A DNA stretch of 64,000 nucleotides from Auanema rhodensis (taxonomy: Eukaryota > Animalia > Nematoda): contig OZ059896.1 in NCBI GenBank assembly GCA_964057225.1, positions 1,550,001 to 1,614,000 on the forward strand, read 5' to 3'. Made by a program: the position numbers and the translations under genes. Of this stretch, positions 14,701 through 28,490 are shown in pieces (positions within the stretch are counted from its first letter, which is position 1; every line of letters starts with the position of its first letter). Below the pieces are notes generated by a model. That model was not told the origin of the DNA and did not search any database. It saw nothing but the letters and a program-made list of their open reading frames with translations.

Positions 14701-16050
14701 TAAATAGATGCGGTTTTCAAAATTAGATTCCCCATGTCCAAATTAGTCTAAAAACAAATTTTTATTGATATTGGTTCATGGTAACCATGACTTTGAAATT
14801 TACGTGAACTTCAATTTATGCTAATTTAATGTACAAGTGATGTGCACTTGGTATGTAACTCGCTTCACGTGAAAGATAAAGAGATGCGGTTTTCACAATT
14901 AGATTCCCCATGTCCATATTAGTCTAAAAACAAATTTTTATTGATATTGGTTCATGGTAACCATGACTTTGAAATTTACGTGAACTTTAATTTATGCTAA
15001 TTTAATGTACACGTGATGTGCACTTGGTATGTAACTCGCTTCACGTGAAAGATAAAGAGATGCGGTTCTCACAATTAGATTCCCCATGTCCATATTAGTC
15101 TAAAAACAAATTTTTATTGATATTGGTTCATGGTAACCATGACTTTGAAATTTACGTGAACTTTAATTATGCTAATTAAATGTACACGTGATGTGCACTT
15201 GGTATGTAACTCGCTTCACGTGAAAGATAAAGAGATGCTGTTTTCAAAATTAGATTCCCCATGTCCATATTAGTCTAAAAACAAATTTTTATTGATATTG
15301 GTTTATGGTAACCATGACTTTGAAATTTACGTGAACTTTAATTTATGCTAATTGAATGTACACGTGATGTGCACTTGGTATGTAACTCGCTTCACGTGAA
15401 AGATAAAGAGATGCGGTTTTCAAAATTAGATTCCCCATGTCCAAATTAGTCTAAAAACAAATTTTTATTGATATTGGTTCATGGTAACCATGACTTTGAA
15501 ATTTACGTGAACTTTAATTTATGCTAATTAAATGTACACGTGATGTGCACTTGGTATGTAACTCGCTTCACGTGAAAGATAAAGAGATGCGGTTTTCACA
15601 ATTAGATTCCCCATGTCCATATTAGTCTAAAAACAAATTTTTATTGATATTGATTCATGGTAACCATGACTTTGAAATTTACGTGAACTTCAATTTATGC
15701 TAATTAAATGTACACGTGATGTGCACTTGGTATGTAACTCGCTTCACGTGAAAGATAAATAGACGCGGTTTTCAAAATTAGATTCCCCATGTCCAAATTA
15801 GTCTAAAAACAAATTTTTATTTATATTGGTTCATGGTAACCATGACTTTGAAATTTACGTGAACTTTAATTTATGCTAATTAAATGTACACGTGATGTGC
15901 ACTTGGTATGTAACTCGCTTCACGTGAAAGATAAATAGATGCGGTTTTCAAAATTAGATTCCCCATGTCCATATTAGTCTAAAAACAAATTTTTATTGAT
16001 ATTGGTTCATGGTAACCATGACTTTGAAATTTACGTGAACTTTAATTTAT
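5740..16050. repeat. SatA 29-mer (5101-bp) tandem duplication containing nested 10-, 5- and 15-mer units
   Basis: Private markers recur exactly 5101 bp apart: 1-bp deletion ACTTTAATTATG at 7421/12522, 9180/14281 and 10059/15160; ACAAAATTTT at 6311/11412; AAAGACAAAG at 6781/11882; GAGATGCTG at 10131/15232; TAATTGAAT at 5851/10952. 5101 = 29 x 176 - 3. Boundaries are approximate. Confidence 0.92.
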
Positions 16051-19000
16051 GCTAATTTAATGTACAAGTGATGTGCACTTGGTATGTAACTCGCTTCACG
16101 TGAAAGATAAAGAGATGCGGTTTTCACAATTAGATTCCTCATGTCCATATTAGTCTAAAAACAAATTTTTATTGATATTGGTGCATGGTAACCATGACTT
16201 TGAAATTTACGTGAACTTTAATTTATGCTAATTAAATGTACACGTGATGTGCACTTGGTATGTAACTCGCTTCACGTGAAAGATAAAGAGATGCGGTTTT
16301 CAAAATTAGATTCCCCATGTCCAAATTAGTCTAAAAACAAATTTTTATTGATATTGGTTCATGGTAACCATGACTTTGAAATTTACGTGAACTTTAATTT
16401 ATGCTAATTAAATGTACACGTGATGTGCACTTGGTATGTAACTCGCTTCACGTGAAAGATAAAGAGATGCGGTTTTCACAATTAGATTCCCCATGTCCAT
16501 ATTAGTCTAAAAACAAATTTTTATTTATATTGGTTCATGGTAACCATGACTTTGAAATTTACGTGAACTTCAATTTATGCTAATTAAATGTACACGTGAT
16601 GTGCACTTGGTATGTAACTCGCTTCACGTGAAAGATAAAGAGATGCGGTTTTCACAATTAGATTCCCCATGTCCATATTAGTCTAAAAACAAATTTTTAT
16701 TGATATTGGTTCATGGTAACCATGACTTTGAAATTTACGTGAACTTTAATTTATGCTAATTTAATGTACACGTGATGTGCACTTGGTATGTAACTCGCTT
16801 CACGTGAAAGATAAAGAGATGCGGTTCTCACAATTAGATTCCCCATGTCCATATTAGTCTAAAAACAAATTTTTATTGATATTGGTTCATGGTAACCATG
16901 ACTTTGAAATTTACGTGAACTTTAATTATGCTAATTAAATGTACACGTGATGTGCACTTGGTATGTAACTCGCTTCACGTGAAAGATAAAGAGATGCGGT
17001 TTTCAAAATTAGATTCCCCATGTCCATATTAGTCTAAAAACAAATTTTTTTTGATATTGGTTTATGGTAACCATGACTTTGAAATTTACGTGAACTTTAA
17101 TTTATGCTAATTAAATGTACACGTGATGTGCACTTGGTATGTAACTCGCTTCACGTGAAAGATAAATAGACGCGGTTTTCAAAATTAGATTCCCCATGTC
17201 CAAATTAGTCTAAAAACAAATTTTTATTTATATTGGTTCATGGTAACCATGACTTTGAAATTTACGTGAACTTTAATTTATGCTAATTTAATGTACACGT
17301 GATGTGCACTTGGTATGTAACTCGCTTCACGTGAAAGATAAAGAGATGCGGTTCTCACAATTAGATTCCCCATGTCCATATTAGTCTAAAAACAAATTTT
17401 TATTGATATTGGTTCATGGTAACCATGACTTTGAAATTTACGTGAACTTTAATTTATGCTAATTAAATGTACACGTGATGTGCACTTGGTATGTAACTCG
17501 CTTCACGTGAAAGATAAAGAGATGCGGTTTTCAAAATTAGATTCCCCATGTCCATATTAGTCTAAAAACAAATTTTTATTGATATTGGTGCATGGTAACC
17601 ATGACTTTGAAATTTACGTGAACTTTAATTTATGCTAATTAAATGTACACGTGATGTGCACTTGGTATGTAACTCGCTTCACGTGAAAGATAAATAGACG
17701 CGGTTTTCAAAATTAGATTCCCCATGTCCAAATTAGTCTAAAAACAAATTTTTATTTATATTGGTTCATGGTAACCATGACTTTGAAATTTACGTGAACT
17801 TTAATTTATGCTAATTAAATGTACACGTGATGTGCACTTGGTATGTAACTCGCTTCACGTGAAAGATAAAGAGATGCGGTTTTCACAATTAGATTCCCCA
17901 TGTCCATATTAGTCTAAAAACAAATTTTTATTGATATTGGTTCATGGTAACCATGACTTTGAAATTTACGTGAACTTTAATTTATGCTAATTAAATGTAC
18001 ACGTGATGTGCACTTGGTATGTAACTCGCTTCACGTGAAAGATAAAGAGATGCGGTTTTCAAAATTAGATTCCCCATGTCCATATTAGTCTAAAAACAAA
18101 TTTTTATTGATATTGGTGCATGGTAACCATGACTTTGAAATTTACGTGAACTTTAATTTATGCTAATTAAATGTACACGTGATGTGCACTTGGTATGTAA
18201 CTCGCTTCACGTGAAAGATAAATAGACGCGGTTTTCAAAATTAGATTCCCCATGTCCAAATTAGTCTAAAAACAAATTTTTATTTATATTGGTTCATGGT
18301 AACCATGACTTTGAAATTTACGTGAACTTTAATTTATGCTAATTAAATGTACACGTGATGTGCACTTGGTATGTAACTCGCTTCACGTGAAAGATAAAGA
18401 GATGCGGTTTTCACAATTAGATTCCCCATGTCCATATTAGTCTAAAAACAAATTTTTATTGATATTGGTGCATGGTAACCATGACTTTGAAATTTACGTG
18501 AACTTTAATTTATGCTAATTAAATGTACACGTGATGTGCACTTGGTATGTAACTCGCTTCACGTGAAAGATAAAGAGATGCGGTTTTCAAAATTAGATTC
18601 CCCATGTCCATATTAGTCTAAAAACAAATTTTTATTGATATTGGTTCATGGTAACCATGACTTTGAAATTTACGTGAACTTTAATTTATGCTAATTAAAT
18701 GTACACGTGATGTGCACTTGGTATGTAACTCGCTTCACGTGAAAGATAAAGAGATGCGGTTCTCAAAATTAGATTCCCCATGTCCATATTAGTCTAAAAA
18801 CAAATTTTTATTGATATTGGTTCATGGTAACCATGACTTTGAAATTCACGTGAACTTTAATTTATGCTAATTTAATGTACACGTAATGTGCACTTGGTAT
18901 GTAACTCGCTTCACGTGGAAGATGAAGAGATGCGGTTTTCAAAATTAGATTCCCCATGTCCATATTAGTCTAAAAACAAATTTTTATTGATATTGGTTTA

Positions 19001-20559
19001 TGGTAACCATGACTTTGAAATTTACGTGAACTTTAATTTATGCTAATTGAATGTACACGTGATGTGCACTTGGTATGTAACTCGCTTCACGTGGAAGATG
19101 AAGAGATGCGGTTTTCAAAATTAGATTCCCCATGTCCATATTAGTCTAAAAACAAATTTTTATTGATATTGGTTTATGGTAACCATGACTTTGAAATTTA
19201 CGTGAACTTTAATTTATGCTAATTTAATGTACACGTGATGTGCACTTCGTATGTAACTCGCTTCACGTGAAAGATAAAGAGATGCGGTTTTCACAATTAG
19301 ATTCTCCATGTCCATATTAGTCTAAAAACAAATTTTTATTGATATTGGTTTATGGTAACCATGACTTTGAAATTTACGTGAACTTTAATTTATGCTAATT
19401 AAATGTACACGTGATGTGCACTTGGTATGTAACTCGCTTCACGTGAAAGATAAAGAGATGCGGTTTTCAAAATTAGATTCCCCATGTCCATATTAGTCTA
19501 AAAACAAATATTTATTGATATTGATTCATGGTAACCATGACTTTGAAATTTACGTGAACTTTAATTTATGCTAATTAAATGTACACGTGATGTGCACTTG
19601 GTATGTAACTCGCTTCACGTGAAAGATAAATAGACGCGGTTTTCAAAATTAGATTCCCCATGTCCAAATTAGTCTAAAAACAAATTTTTATTTATATTGG
19701 TTCATGGTAACCATGACTTTGAAATTTACGTGAACTTTAATTTATGCTAATTAAATGTACACGTGATGTGCACTTGGTATGTAACTCGCTTCACGTGAAA
19801 GATAAAGAGATGCGGTTTTCACAATTAGATTCCCCATGTCCATATTAGTCTAAAAACAAATTTTTATTGATATTGGTTCATGGTAACCATGACTTTGAAA
19901 TTTACGTGAACTTTAATTTATGCTAATTAAATGTACACGTGATGTGCACTTGGTATGTAACTCGCTTCACGTGAAAGATAAAGAGATGCGGTTTTCAAAA
20001 TTAGATTCCCCATGTCCATATTAGTCTAAAAACAAATTTTTATTGATATTGGTGCATGGTAACCATGACTTTGAAATTTACGTGAACTTTAATTTATGCT
20101 AATTAAATGTACACGTGATGTGCACTTGGTATGTAACTCGCTTCACGTGAAAGATAAATAGACGCGGTTTTCAAAATTAGATTCCCCATGTCCAAATTAG
20201 TCTAAAAACAAATTTTTATTTATATTGGTTCATGGTAACCATGACTTTGAAATTTACGTGAACTTTAATTTATGCTAATTAAATGTACACGTGATGTGCA
20301 CTTGGTATGTAACTCGCTTCACGTGAAAGATAAAGAGATGCGGTTTTCAAAATTAGATTCCCCATGTCCATATTAGTCTAAAAACAAATTTTTATTGATA
20401 TTGGTTCATGGTAACCATGACTTTGAAATTTACGTGAACTTTAATTTATGCTAATTAAATGTACACGTGATGTGCACTTGGTATGTAACTCGCTTCACGT
20501 GAAAGATAAAGAGATGCGGTTTTCAAAATTAGATTCCCCATGTCCATATTAGTCTAAAA

Positions 20560-23500
20560 ACAAATTTTTATTGATATTGGTTTATGGTAACCATGACTTT
20601 GAAATTCACGTGAACTTTAATTTATGCTAATTTAATGTACACGTAATGTGCACTTGGTATGTAACTCGCTTCACGTGAAAGATAAAGAGATGCGGTTTTC
20701 AAAATTAGATTCCCCATGTCCATATTAGTCTAAAAACAAATTTTTATTGATATTGGTTCATGGTAACCATGACTTTGAAATTTACGTGAACTTTAATTTA
20801 TGCTAATTAAATGTACACGTGATGTGCACTTGGTATGTAACTCGCTTCACGTGAAAGATAAAGAGATGCGGTTTTCAAAATTAGATTCCCCATGTCCATA
20901 TTAGTCTAAAAACAAATTTTTATTGATATTGGTTTATGGTAACCATGACTTTGAAATTTACGTGAACTTTAATTTATGCTAATTTAATGTACACGTGATG
21001 TGCACTTCGTATGTAACTCGCTTCACGTGAAAGATAAAGAGATGCGGTTTTCACAATTAGATTCTCCATGTCCATATTAGTCTAAAAACAAATTTTTATT
21101 GATATTGGTTTATGGTAACCATGACTTTGAAATTTACGTGAACTTTAATTTATGCTAATTAAATGTACACGTGATGTGCACTTGGTATGTAACTCGCTTC
21201 ACGTGAAAGATAAAGAGATGCGGTTTTCAAAATTAGATTCCCCATGTCCATATTAGTCTAAAAACAAATATTTATTGATATTGATTCATGGTAACCATGA
21301 CTTTGAAATTTACGTGAACTTCAATTTATGCTAATTAAATGTACACGTGATGTGCACTTGGTATGTAACTCGCTTCACGTGAAAGATAAATAGACGCGGT
21401 TTTCAAAATTAGATTCCCCATGTCCAAATTAGTCTAAAAACAAATTTTTATTTATATTGGTTCATGGTAACCATGACTTTGAAATTTACGTGAACTTTAA
21501 TTTATGCTAATTTAATGTACACGTGATGTGCACTTGGTATGTAACTCGCTTCACGTGAAAGATAAAAAGATGCGGTTTTCACAATTAGATTCCCCATGTC
21601 CATATTAGTCTAAAAACAAATTTTTATTGATATTGGAGCATGGTAACCATGACTTTGAAATTTACGTGAACTTTAATTTATGCTAATTAAATGTACACGT
21701 GATGTGCACTTGGTATGTAACTCGCTTCACGTGAAAGATAAATAGATGCGGTTTTCAAAATTAGATTCCCCATGTCCAAAGTAGTCTAAAAACAAATTTT
21801 TATTGATATTGGTTCATGGTAACCATGACTTTGAAATTTACGTGAACTTCAATTTATGCTAATTTAATGTACAAGTGATGTGCACTTGGTATGTAACTCG
21901 CTTCACGTGAAAGATAAAGAGATGCGGTTTTCACAATTAGATTCCCCATGTCCATATTAGTCTAAAAACAAATTTTTATTGATATTGGTGCATGGTAACC
22001 ATGACTTTGAAATTTAGGTGAACTTTAATTTATGCTAATTAAATGTACACGTGATGTGCACTTGGTATGTAACTCGCTTCACGTGAAAGATAAAGAGATG
22101 CGGTTTTCAAAATTAGATTCCCCATGTCCATATTAGTCTAAAAACAAATTTTTATTGATATTGGTTCATGGTAACCATGACTTTGAAATTTACGTGAACT
22201 TTAATTTATGCTAATTAAATGTACACGTGATGTGCACTTGGTATGTAACTCGCTTCACGTGAAAGATAAAGAGATGCGGTTTTCAAAATTAGATTCCCCA
22301 TGTCCATATTAGTCTAAAAACAAATTTTTATTGATATTGGTTCATGGTAACCATGACTTTGAAATTCACGTGAACTTTAATTTATGCTAATTTAATGTAC
22401 ACGTAATGTGCACTTGGTATGTAACTCGCTTCACGTGAAAGATAAAGAGATGCGGTTTTCAAAATTAGATTCCCCATGTCCATATTAGTCTAAAAACAAA
22501 TTTTTATTGATATTGGTTTATGGTAACCATGACTTTGAAATTTACGTGAACTTTAATTTATGCTAATTGAATGTACACGTGATGTGCACTTGGTATGTAA
22601 CTCGCTTCACGTGGAAGATGAAGAGATGCGGTTTTCAAAATTAGATTCCCCATGTCCATATTAGTCTAAAAACAAATTTTTATTGATATTGGTTCATGGT
22701 AACCATGACTTTGAAATTTACGTGAACTTTAATTTATGCTAATTAAATGTACACGTGATGTGCACTTGGTATGTAACTCGCTTCACGTGAAAGATAAAGA
22801 GATGCGGTTTTCAAAATTAGATTCCCCATGTCCATATTAGTCTAAAAACAAATTTTTATTGATATTGGTGCATGGTAACCATGACTTTGAAATTTACGTG
22901 AACTTTAATTTATGCTAATTAAATGTACACGTGATGTGCACTTGGTATGTAACTCGCTTCACGTGAAAGATAAATAGACGCGGTTTTTAAAATTAGATTC
23001 CCCATGTCCAAATTAGTCTAAAAACAAATTTTTATTTATATTGGTTCATGGTAACCATGACTTTGAAATTTACGTGAACTTTAATTTATGCTAATTAAAT
23101 GTACACGTGATGTGCACTTGGTATGTAACTCGCTTCACGTGAAAGATAAAGAGATGCGGTTTTCACAATTAGATTCCTCATGTCCATATTAGTCTAAAAA
23201 CAAATTTTTATTGATATTGGTGCATGGTAACCATGACTTTGAAATTAACGTGAACTTTAATTTATGCTAATTAAATGTACACGTGATGTGCACTTGGTAT
23301 GTAACTCGCTTCACGTGAAAGATAAAGAGATGCGGTTTTCAAAATTAGATTCCCCATGTCCATATTAGTCTAAAAACAAATTTATATATATATATTGGTT
23401 CATGGTAACCATGACTTTGAAATTTACGTGAACTTTAATTTATGCTAATTAAATGTACACGTGATGTGCACTTGGTATGTAACTCGCTTCACGTGAAAGA

Positions 23501-26500
23501 TAAATAGATGCGGTTTTCAAAATTAGATTCCCCATGTCCAAATTAGTCTAAAAACAAATTTTTATTGATGTTGGTTCATGGTAACCATGACTTTGAAATT
23601 TACGTGAACTTCAATTTATGCTAATTTAATGTACACGTGATGTGCACTTGGTATGTAACTCGCTTCACGTGAAAGATAAAGAGATGCGGTTTTCACAATT
23701 AGATTCCCCATGTCCATATTAGTCTAAAAACAAATTTTCATTGATATTGGTGCATGGTAACCATGACTTTGAAATTTACGTGAACTTTAATTTATGCTAA
23801 TTAAATGTACACGTGATGAGCACTTGGTATGTAACTCGCTTCACGTGAAAGATAAAGAGATGCGGTTTTCAAAATTAAATTCCCCATGTCCATATTAGTC
23901 TAAAAACAAATTTTTATATTTATTGGTTCATGGTAACCATGACTTTGAAATTTACGTGAACTTTAATTTATGCTAATTAAATGTACACGTGATGTGCACT
24001 TGGTATGTAACTCGCTTCACGTGAAAGATAAATAGATGCGGTTTTCAAAATTAGATTCCCCATGTCCAAATTAGTCTAAAAACAAATTTTTATTGATATT
24101 GGTTCATGGTAACCATGACTTTGAAATTTACGTGAACTTCAATTTATGCTAATTTAATGTACACGTGATGTGCACTTGGTATGTAACTCGCTTCACGTGA
24201 AAGATAAAGAGATGCGGTTTTCACAATTAGATTCCCCATGTCCATATTAGTCTAAAAACAAATTTTCATTGATATTGGTGCATGGTAACCATGACTTTGA
24301 AATTTACGTGAACTTTAATTTATGCTAATTAAATGTACACGTGATGAGCACTTGGTATGTAACTCGCTTCACGTGAAAGATAAAGAGATGCGGTTTTCAA
24401 AATTAGATTCCCCATGTCCATATTAGTCTAAAAACAAATTTTTATTGATATTGGTTCATGGTAACCATGACTTTGAAATTTACGTGAACTTTAATTTATG
24501 CTAATTAAATGTACACGTGATGTGCACTTGGTATGTAACTCGCTTCACGTGAAAGATAAAGAGATGCGGTTTTCAAAATTAGATTCCCCATGTCCATATT
24601 AGTCTAAAAACAAATTTTTATTGATATTGGTTCATGGTAACCATGACTTTGAAATTCACGTGAACTTTAATTTATGCTAATTTAATGTACACGTAATGTG
24701 CACTTGGTATGTAACTCGCTTCACGTGAAAGATAAAGAGATGCGGTTTTCAAAATTAGATTCCCCATGTCCATATTAGTCTAAAAACAAATTTTTATTGA
24801 TATTGGTTTATGGTAACCATGACTTTGAAATTCACGTGAACTTTAATTTATGCTAATTTAATGTACACGTAATGTGCACTTGGTATGTAACTCGCTTCAC
24901 GTGAAAGATAAAGAGATGCGGTTTTCAAAATTAGATTCCCCATGTCCATATTAGTCTAAAAACAAATTTTTATTGATATTGGTTCATGGTAACCATGACT
25001 TTGAAATTTACGTGAACTTTAATTTATGCTAATTAAATGTACACGTGATGTGCACTTGGTATGTAACTCGCTTCACGTGAAAGATAAAGAGATGCGGTTT
25101 TCAAAATTAGATTCCCCATGTCCATATTAGTCTAAAAACAAATTTTTATTGATATTGGTTTATGGTAACCATGACTTTGAAATTTACGTGAACTTTAATT
25201 TATGCTAATTTAATGTACACGTGATGTGCACTTCGTATGTAACTCGCTTCACGTGAAAGATAAAGAGATGCGGTTTTCACAATTAGATTCTCCATGTCCA
25301 TATTAGTCTAAAAACAAATTTTTATTGATATTGGTTTATGGTAACCATGACTTTGAAATTTACGTGAACTTTAATTTATGCTAATTAAATGTACACGTGA
25401 TGTGCACTTGGTATGTAACTCGCTTCACGTGAAAGATAAAGAGATGCGGTTTTCAAAATTAGATTCCTCATGTCCATATTAGTCTAAAAACAAATATTTA
25501 TTGATATTGATTCATGGTAACCATGACTTTGAAATTTACGTGAACTTCAATTTATGCTAATTAAATGTACACGTGATGTGCACTTGGTATGTGACTCGCT
25601 TCACGTGAAAGATAAATAGACGCGGTTTTCAAAATTAGATTCCCCATGTCCAAATTAGTCTAAAAACAAATTTTTATTTATATTGGTTCATGGTAACCAT
25701 GACTTTGAAATTTACGTGAACTTTAATTTATGCTAATTTAATGTACACGTGATGTGCACTTGGTATGTAACTCGCTTCACGTGAAAGATAAAAAGATGCG
25801 GTTTTCACAATTAGATTCCCCATGTCCATATTAGTCTAAAAACAAATTTTTATTGATATTGGAGCATGGTAACCATGACTTTGAAATTTACGTGAACTTT
25901 AATTTATGCTAATTAAATGTACACGTGATGTGCACTTGGTATGTAACTCGCTTCACGTGAAAGATAAATAGATGCGGTTTTCAAAATTAGATTCCCCATG
26001 TCCAAAGTAGTCTAAAAACAAATTTTAATTGATATTGGTTCATGGTAACCATGACTTTGAAATTTACGTGAACTTCAATTTATGCTAATTTAATGTACAA
26101 GTGATGTGCACTTGGTATGTAACTCGCTTCACGTGAAAGATAAAGAGATGCGGTTTTCACAATTAGATTCCCCATGTCCATATTAGTCTAAAAACAAATT
26201 TTTATTGATATTGGTGCATGGTAACCATGACTTTGAAATTTAGGTGAACTTTAATTTATGCTAATTAAATGTACACGTGATGTGCACTTGGTATGTAACT
26301 CGCTTCACGTGAAAGATAAAGAGATGCGGTTTTCAAAATTAGATTCCCCATGTCCATATTAGTCTAAAAACAAATTTTTATTGATATTGGTTCATGGTAA
26401 CCATGACTTTGAAATTCACGTGAACTTTAATTTATGCTAATTTAATGTACACGTAATGTGCACTTGGTATGTAACTCGCTTCACGTGAAAGATAAAGAGA

Positions 26501-28490
26501 TGCGGTTTTCAAAATTAGATTCCCCATGTCCATATTAGTCTAAAAACAAATTTTTATTGATATTGGTTTATGGTAACCATGACTTTGAAATTTACGTGAA
26601 CTTTAATTTATGCTAATTGAATGTACACGTGATGTGCACTTGGTATGTAACTCGCTTCACGTGGAAGATGAAGAGATGCGGTTTTCAAAATTAGATTCCC
26701 CATGTCCATATTAGTCTAAAAACAAATTTTTATTGATATTGGTTCATGGTAACCATGACTTTGAAATTTACGTGAACTTTAATTTATGCTAATTAAATGT
26801 ACACGTGATGTGCACTTGGTATGTAACTCGCTTCACGTGAAAGATAAAGAGATGCGGTTTTCAAAATTAGATTCCCCATGTCCATATTAGTCTAAAAACA
26901 AATTTTTATTGATATTGGTGCATGGTAACCATGACTTTGAAATTTACGTGAACTTTAATTTATGCTAATTAAATGTACACGTGATGTGCACTTGGTATGT
27001 AACTCGCTTCACGTGAAAGATAAATAGACGCGGTTTTTAAAATTAGATTCCCCATGTCCAAATTAGTCTAAAAACAAATTTTTATTTATATTGGTTCATG
27101 GTAACCATGACTTTGAAATTTACGTGAACTTTAATTTATGCTAATTAAATGTACACGTGATGTGCACTTGGTATGTAACTCGCTTCACGTGAAAGATAAA
27201 GAGATGCGGTTTTCACAATTAGATTCCTCATGTCCATATTAGTCTAAAAACAAATTTTTATTGATATTGGTGCATGGTAACCATGACTTTGAAATTTACG
27301 TGAACTTTAATTTATGCTAATTAAATGTACACGTGATGTGCACTTGGTATGTAACTCGCTTCACGTGAAAGATAAAGAGATGCGGTTTTCAAAATTAGAT
27401 TCCCCATGTCCATATTAGTCTAAAAACAAATTTTTATATATATATTGGTTCATGGTAACCATGACTTTGAAATTTACGTGAACTTTAATTTATGCTAATT
27501 AAATGTACACGTGATGTGCACTTGGTATGTAACTCGCTTCACGTGAAAGATAAATAGATGCGGTTTTCAAAATTAGATTCCCCATGTCCAAATTAGTCTA
27601 AAAACAAATTTTTATTGATGTTGGTTCATGGTAACCATGACTTTGAAATTTACGTGAACTTCAATTTATGCTAATTTAATGTACACGTGATGTGCACTTG
27701 GTATGTAACTCGCTTCACGTGAAAGATAAAGAGATGCGGTTTTCACAATTAGATTCCCCATGTCCATATTAGTCTAAAAACAAATTTTCATTGATATTGG
27801 TGCATGGTAACCATGACTTTGAAATTTACGTGAACTTTAATTTATGCTAATTAAATGTACACGTGATGAGCACTTGGTATGTAACTCGCTTCACGTGAAA
27901 GATAAAGAGATGCGGTTTTCAAAATTAAATTCCCCATGTCCATATTAGTCTAAAAACAAATTTTTATATTTATTGGTTCATGGTAACCATGACTTTGAAA
28001 TTTACGTGAACTTTAATTTATGCTAATTAAATGTACACGTGATGTGCACTTGGTATGTAACTCGCTTCACGTGAAAGATAAATAGATGCGGTTTTCAAAA
28101 TTAGATTCCCCATGTCCAAATTAGTCTAAAAACAAATTTTTATTGATATTGGTTCATGGTAACCATGACTTTGAAATTTACGTGAACTTCAATTTATGCT
28201 AATTTAATGTACACGTGATGTGCACTTGGTATGTAACTCCCTTCACGTGAAAGATAAAGAGATGCGGTTTTCACAATTAGATTCCCCATGTCCATATTAG
28301 TCTAAAAACAAATTTTCATTGATATTGGTGCATGGTAACCATGACTTTGAAATTTACGTGAACTTTAATTTATGCTAATTAAATGTACACGTGATGAGCA
28401 CTTGGTATGTAACTCGCTTCACGTGAAAGATAAAGAGATGCGGTTTTCAAAATTAGATTCCCCATGTCCATATTAGTCTAAAAACAAATT
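20560..28490. repeat. SatA 24/23-mer tandem duplication (one monomer lost in the second copy)
   Basis: CACTTCGT 21008/25234, CCAAAGTAG 21781/26007 and TTCACG 20606/24832 are 4226 bp apart (24 x 176 + 2). Downstream markers (TA insertion 23381/27431; GATGAGC 24343/28393) are 4050 bp apart (23 x 176 + 2). Confidence 0.88.
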
